Below, in pieces: positions 60,755 through 64,000 of a stretch of DNA of 64,000 nucleotides. Position 1 is the stretch's first letter, and each line of letters opens with the position of its first letter. Where the stretch lies: assembly GCF_011386835.1 (NCBI RefSeq), contig NC_088794.1, positions 115,878,001 to 115,942,000 of the forward strand. The letters run 5' to 3'. Both the position numbers and the translations under genes were made by a program. The DNA comes from Chrysemys picta bellii. Taxonomy: Eukaryota. The notes under the pieces are model-generated. The model worked only from the letters and a program-made list of their open reading frames with translations. It was not told where the DNA came from and did no database searches.

Positions 60755-60944
60755 CACCGCTACCTCGATATAACGCAACCTGATATAACACGAATTCGGA
60801 TATAACGCGGTAAAGCAGTGCTCCGGGGGGGGACGGGGCTGTGCACTCCGGTGGATCAAAGCAAGTTCAATATAACACAGTTTCACCTATAACGCGGTAA
60901 GATTTTTTGGCTCCCAAGGACAGCGTTATATCGAGGTAGAGGTG
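60755..60944. mobile_element. Tc1/mariner (Tigger-like) MITE inserted in the Gypsy 3' LTR
   Basis: 22-bp TIRs caccgctacctcgatataacgc / gcgttatatcgaggtagaggtg; TA TSD both sides. Confidence 0.9.
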
Positions 60945-61814
60945 TATACAATATGTGTATGATTCAGTCCAGAAGCTCCTAATCAGCTTGTCTCATAGGG
61001 TGTGTTTTATGTCACTGGATCAATATCTGCAGGGTGACCCCAGAACCAAACCTTGCTAGCTCTCTTCCTTTCTTTAATATAGGATAGGAAGACACAGTAG
61101 GGGCCCAGAGGGGTCATTACCACCTTATCACAAAGGTTGCCCCACAGCCCTTCCCATCTCATGACTTACCCGCTGTTGTCTTGTTTCTTTTAGAGCAAAC
61201 ACGGAGGAAGTAATGAGCTCCCAACTCTCCCACAGGGTGGTAGAAATCTGAATTGGGGAGGTAAAGTGGGGTGAGGTTCATCAAATCTCTCAATTTACTG
61301 AGCTCCTTTCCTTAGCCCCAGGAGTCCTCTGCAGGGCATGAAAGAGCGGGGCGGTAAGCAGCGGGGGCAGAAGATTAGTACTGCGGTTCCAGGACTCTTC
61401 CATAAAGGAGTGTGTTGTCTGCAAGTCGATCTCAGGGAGCCAGATGTTAAATAAATATTAGACTACGAGCTGCTTTCTTGTGAAAACAAGCCATCTGATA
61501 GATCGCGGTGTCCTGCAGTGCAGCTTCTGTGTCACCCAGCAAGAGGAATGCTGACGCTTTAACAAATGGTGTCTCCTGAGGCCACTGCCTCTGCACACAC
61601 AGCCCTCTTGATCAGACAGCAGGGCCATTCTTACAACCCATAGTGGCATCTCATTCCATGTCAGCAGTTCATCCAATGAGAGAGCCTTCCTTTCTCTCTG
61701 CCTCACATGCAGGGGGTTGGTATTTCTTGTATTGAAGCACTGTCTCCTTTGGTGAGAAACTCCACCACTTGTAAATGGCATTGGTTAAAACCTGCACATG
61801 CAGAGGGTTTCTAA

Positions 61815-62096
61815 GGCCATGTCTACACTTACCAGTAGATCGGCACTGCTGCGATCGATGCAGCGGTGTCAATTTAGCAGGTCTGGTGAAGACCCGTTAA
61901 GTCAATGGCCAAGACCTCTCCCATCGACTCCAATACTCCAGGTCCCTGAGAAGAGTAAGTTAAAACTGTGGGAGAGCATCTCCCATCAACACAGAGCGGT
62001 GTAGACACCGCGGTAAATCGACCTAAGCTATGTCGACTTCAGTTCACGTAAGTAGCATCACTTATGTCAACTTACCACGGTAGTGTAGACCAGGCC
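61815..62096. mobile_element. PIF/Harbinger-type MITE
   Basis: TIRs ggccatgtctacact / agtgtagaccaggcc; TSD taa (61812-61814, 62097-62099). Confidence 0.9.
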
Positions 62097-62139
62097 TAAT
62101 TCTTTCAAGGTGATCTTGCCTCCTTCTATATGTGATTTT

Positions 62140-62300
62140 TATTCCAGCTCTGCACTGACCTTGGAAAAGGTTCCCCACCCTGGTGCCTCCATTTCCCCAT
62201 CTGAAAAATGGGGATAATGCTATAGACTGACCTCTCAGGGGGAGGTGTGAGGATTAGTTAATCTTTCCACAGCACTTTGAAAAGGATGGCGTGTTAAGTG
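62140..62300 (+). mobile_element. MIR-like CORE-SINE
   Basis: ccagctctgcactgaccttgg...gtgcctccatttccccatctgaaaaatggggataat. Confidence 0.7.
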
Positions 62301-62437
62301 TTATGATGTGACAGGAGACAGCCCCATGCTCTGTTTACTTCCACAGATGCAACAGGCCCCAATGTGATGCTTCTCTTTAGGCGATGACTGCCAAGAAATG
62401 TAATCAGATGCAATATATTCTCCTGTACGGCGATAAG

Positions 62438-63170
62438 TAGGGCCCTACCAAATTCACAATCCATTTTGGTCAATTTCACAGTCATAGGATTTTAAATATT
62501 GTAAATTTCATGATTTCACCAATTTCAATATGAAATTTCACAGTGTTGTAATTGTAGGGGTCCTGATCCAAAAAGAAGTTGTGGAGGGGTTACAAAGTTA
62601 TTGTGTGTGTGTGGGGGGGTGCAGTTGCTACCCGTACTTCTGTGCTGCTGCTGGTGGCTGCACTGCCGTCAGGAGGCAGAGCTGCCGCCAGCAGCAGCGC
62701 AGAAGTAAGGATGTCATGGTATGGTATTGCCACCCTTACTTCTAGGCTGCTGCCTGCAGAGCTAGGCCGTCATTCAGCTGCCACCACCCTCCGGCTGCCC
62801 AGCTCTGAAGGCAGTAGTGCAGAAGTAAGGGTAGCATGGTATGGTATTGCCACGCTTACTTTTGTGCTGCAGCTGACAGGGCACTGCCTTCAAACCTGGG
62901 TGCCCAGCCAACAACCACTGCTCTCCGGCCACCCAGCTCTGAAGGCAGTGCCAAAGTAAGGAGGCAATACCACGACCCCCCTAAAATAACCTTGCAACCA
63001 CCCTGCAACTCCCTTTTGGGTCAGGGCCCCCAATTTGAGAAATGCTGGTCTCCCCCCATGAAATCTGTATAGTAGAGGGTAAAAGCACACAAAAGACCAG
63101 ATTTCACGGAGACACCAGATTTCATGGTCCATGACACGTTTTTAATGGCCATGAATTTGGTAGGGCCCTA
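62438..63170. mobile_element. Non-autonomous hAT (733 bp)
   Basis: TIRs tagggccctaccaaattca / tgaatttggtagggcccta; TSD gcgataag / gtgataaa (6 of 8); internal direct repeat cagaagtaagg...catggtatggtattgccac. Confidence 0.88.
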
Positions 63171-64000
63171 GTGATAAATTCCAGGAATCCAGAACTGGCA
63201 GGGGGATGGAGGAAGGTGGGGGTAAAGCTCATACATCGCTATCTCTGATAAAGACTGCCTTAACCATGGCCCTCATGGCTTCCTGAGATATCAGTGGAAG
63301 TGTAAAACCTATGTATTAATCCAAATTTGGAGCTGGAGTGCCCTACTAGGGGGAAAGGAGCGAGGTGTGTGTGTGTGTGGGGGAGCCACAACTTGAGGAA
63401 GCTAAAATCCAACACACTCCCCACTGCGAGATGATGCTGAAATAGGAACTGGTGGATGCTGGGCACCTGGTTTTGCTAGTCTGCTGAATGTTGCCCAAAA
63501 CACTTTAGCATCACTGGGGGAAGAGATGATATACAGATTAATTTAACTTCAATCATTGTGTCCCAAATACAGCCCTTGGGCTCCATGCCAATTCCTCCCC
63601 CTTAACCTCCCACCCTGACCATCCATGAAATTCCAGACATTCAGCCGCTAACCTCCAGCCTTGAAGTGGTAGGACAGGAATGGCCACTTCAGCCCATGTC
63701 AGTGTCCCTTTGGAAACATCTCCATAGGAATCCGTGCCCATTCTATCAGTACCTTGTATTTGTTGTGGTTTGTCAGGGGTTCTCTTCCCCTCTGCTCAGC
63801 TCTGCACATTCGTTGATTGAGAAAACGTGGAGGTGTCTTGCGCTTCTTGTTGGTCTTTGATGGTTTCTTTAGCTCATGGATTCTGGGTTTTTTCCTCTTG
63901 TAAAATTTATGATAATCAGAACCTTGTGGCTAATTTATTTGTGTCATATTCAGTCTCTTAACCTCTCTAGTGTAGGCAGCAGTTAAAGCAGCAGCAGCAG

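Larger units (their letters stand above)
57066..61096 (+). mobile_element. Decayed Ty3/Gypsy LTR retrotransposon (5' LTR part, pol, PPT, 3' LTR); gag absent
   Basis: LTR-like 57066-57270 aligns with 60555-60754; PPT aggggggaggaggga at 60540-60554 followed by TGTTGTG; tentative end gacaCA at 61096 with gtagg flanks at 57061-57065 and 61097-61101. Confidence 0.8.

Overview
Eukaryotic, repeat-rich, apparently non-coding (intergenic or long-intron) DNA, most likely from a turtle. That call is inferred from tRNA-head/CR1-tail SINEs, turtle-type CR1 3' ends, Penelope ends and GC-rich hAT MITEs, all recognised from memory with no database search. No intact host gene is recognisable. The window holds one decayed Gypsy LTR retrotransposon (PR-RT-RH-INT, ~57.07-61.1 kb, with a PPT and two ~70-75% identical LTR copies, gag missing). 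It also holds 3-4 other LTR remnants, about 11 non-autonomous hAT elements (most with readable 8-bp TSDs), Harbinger- and Tc1/mariner-type MITEs, many CR1 and MIR-like fragments, ancient LF-SINE and AmnSINE1-like copies, and three Penelope-type ends with hammerhead-ribozyme-like motifs. There is one 144-N gap. The best second-look items are the Penelope hairpins whose inversion junctions fall inside the hammerhead core, an 85-86 bp tandem trimer of the LF-SINE tRNA-derived head, the gag-less two-LTR Gypsy, a recursive-splice-site-like motif, and a chain of minus-strand exon-like segments. All alignments and counts were done by eye.
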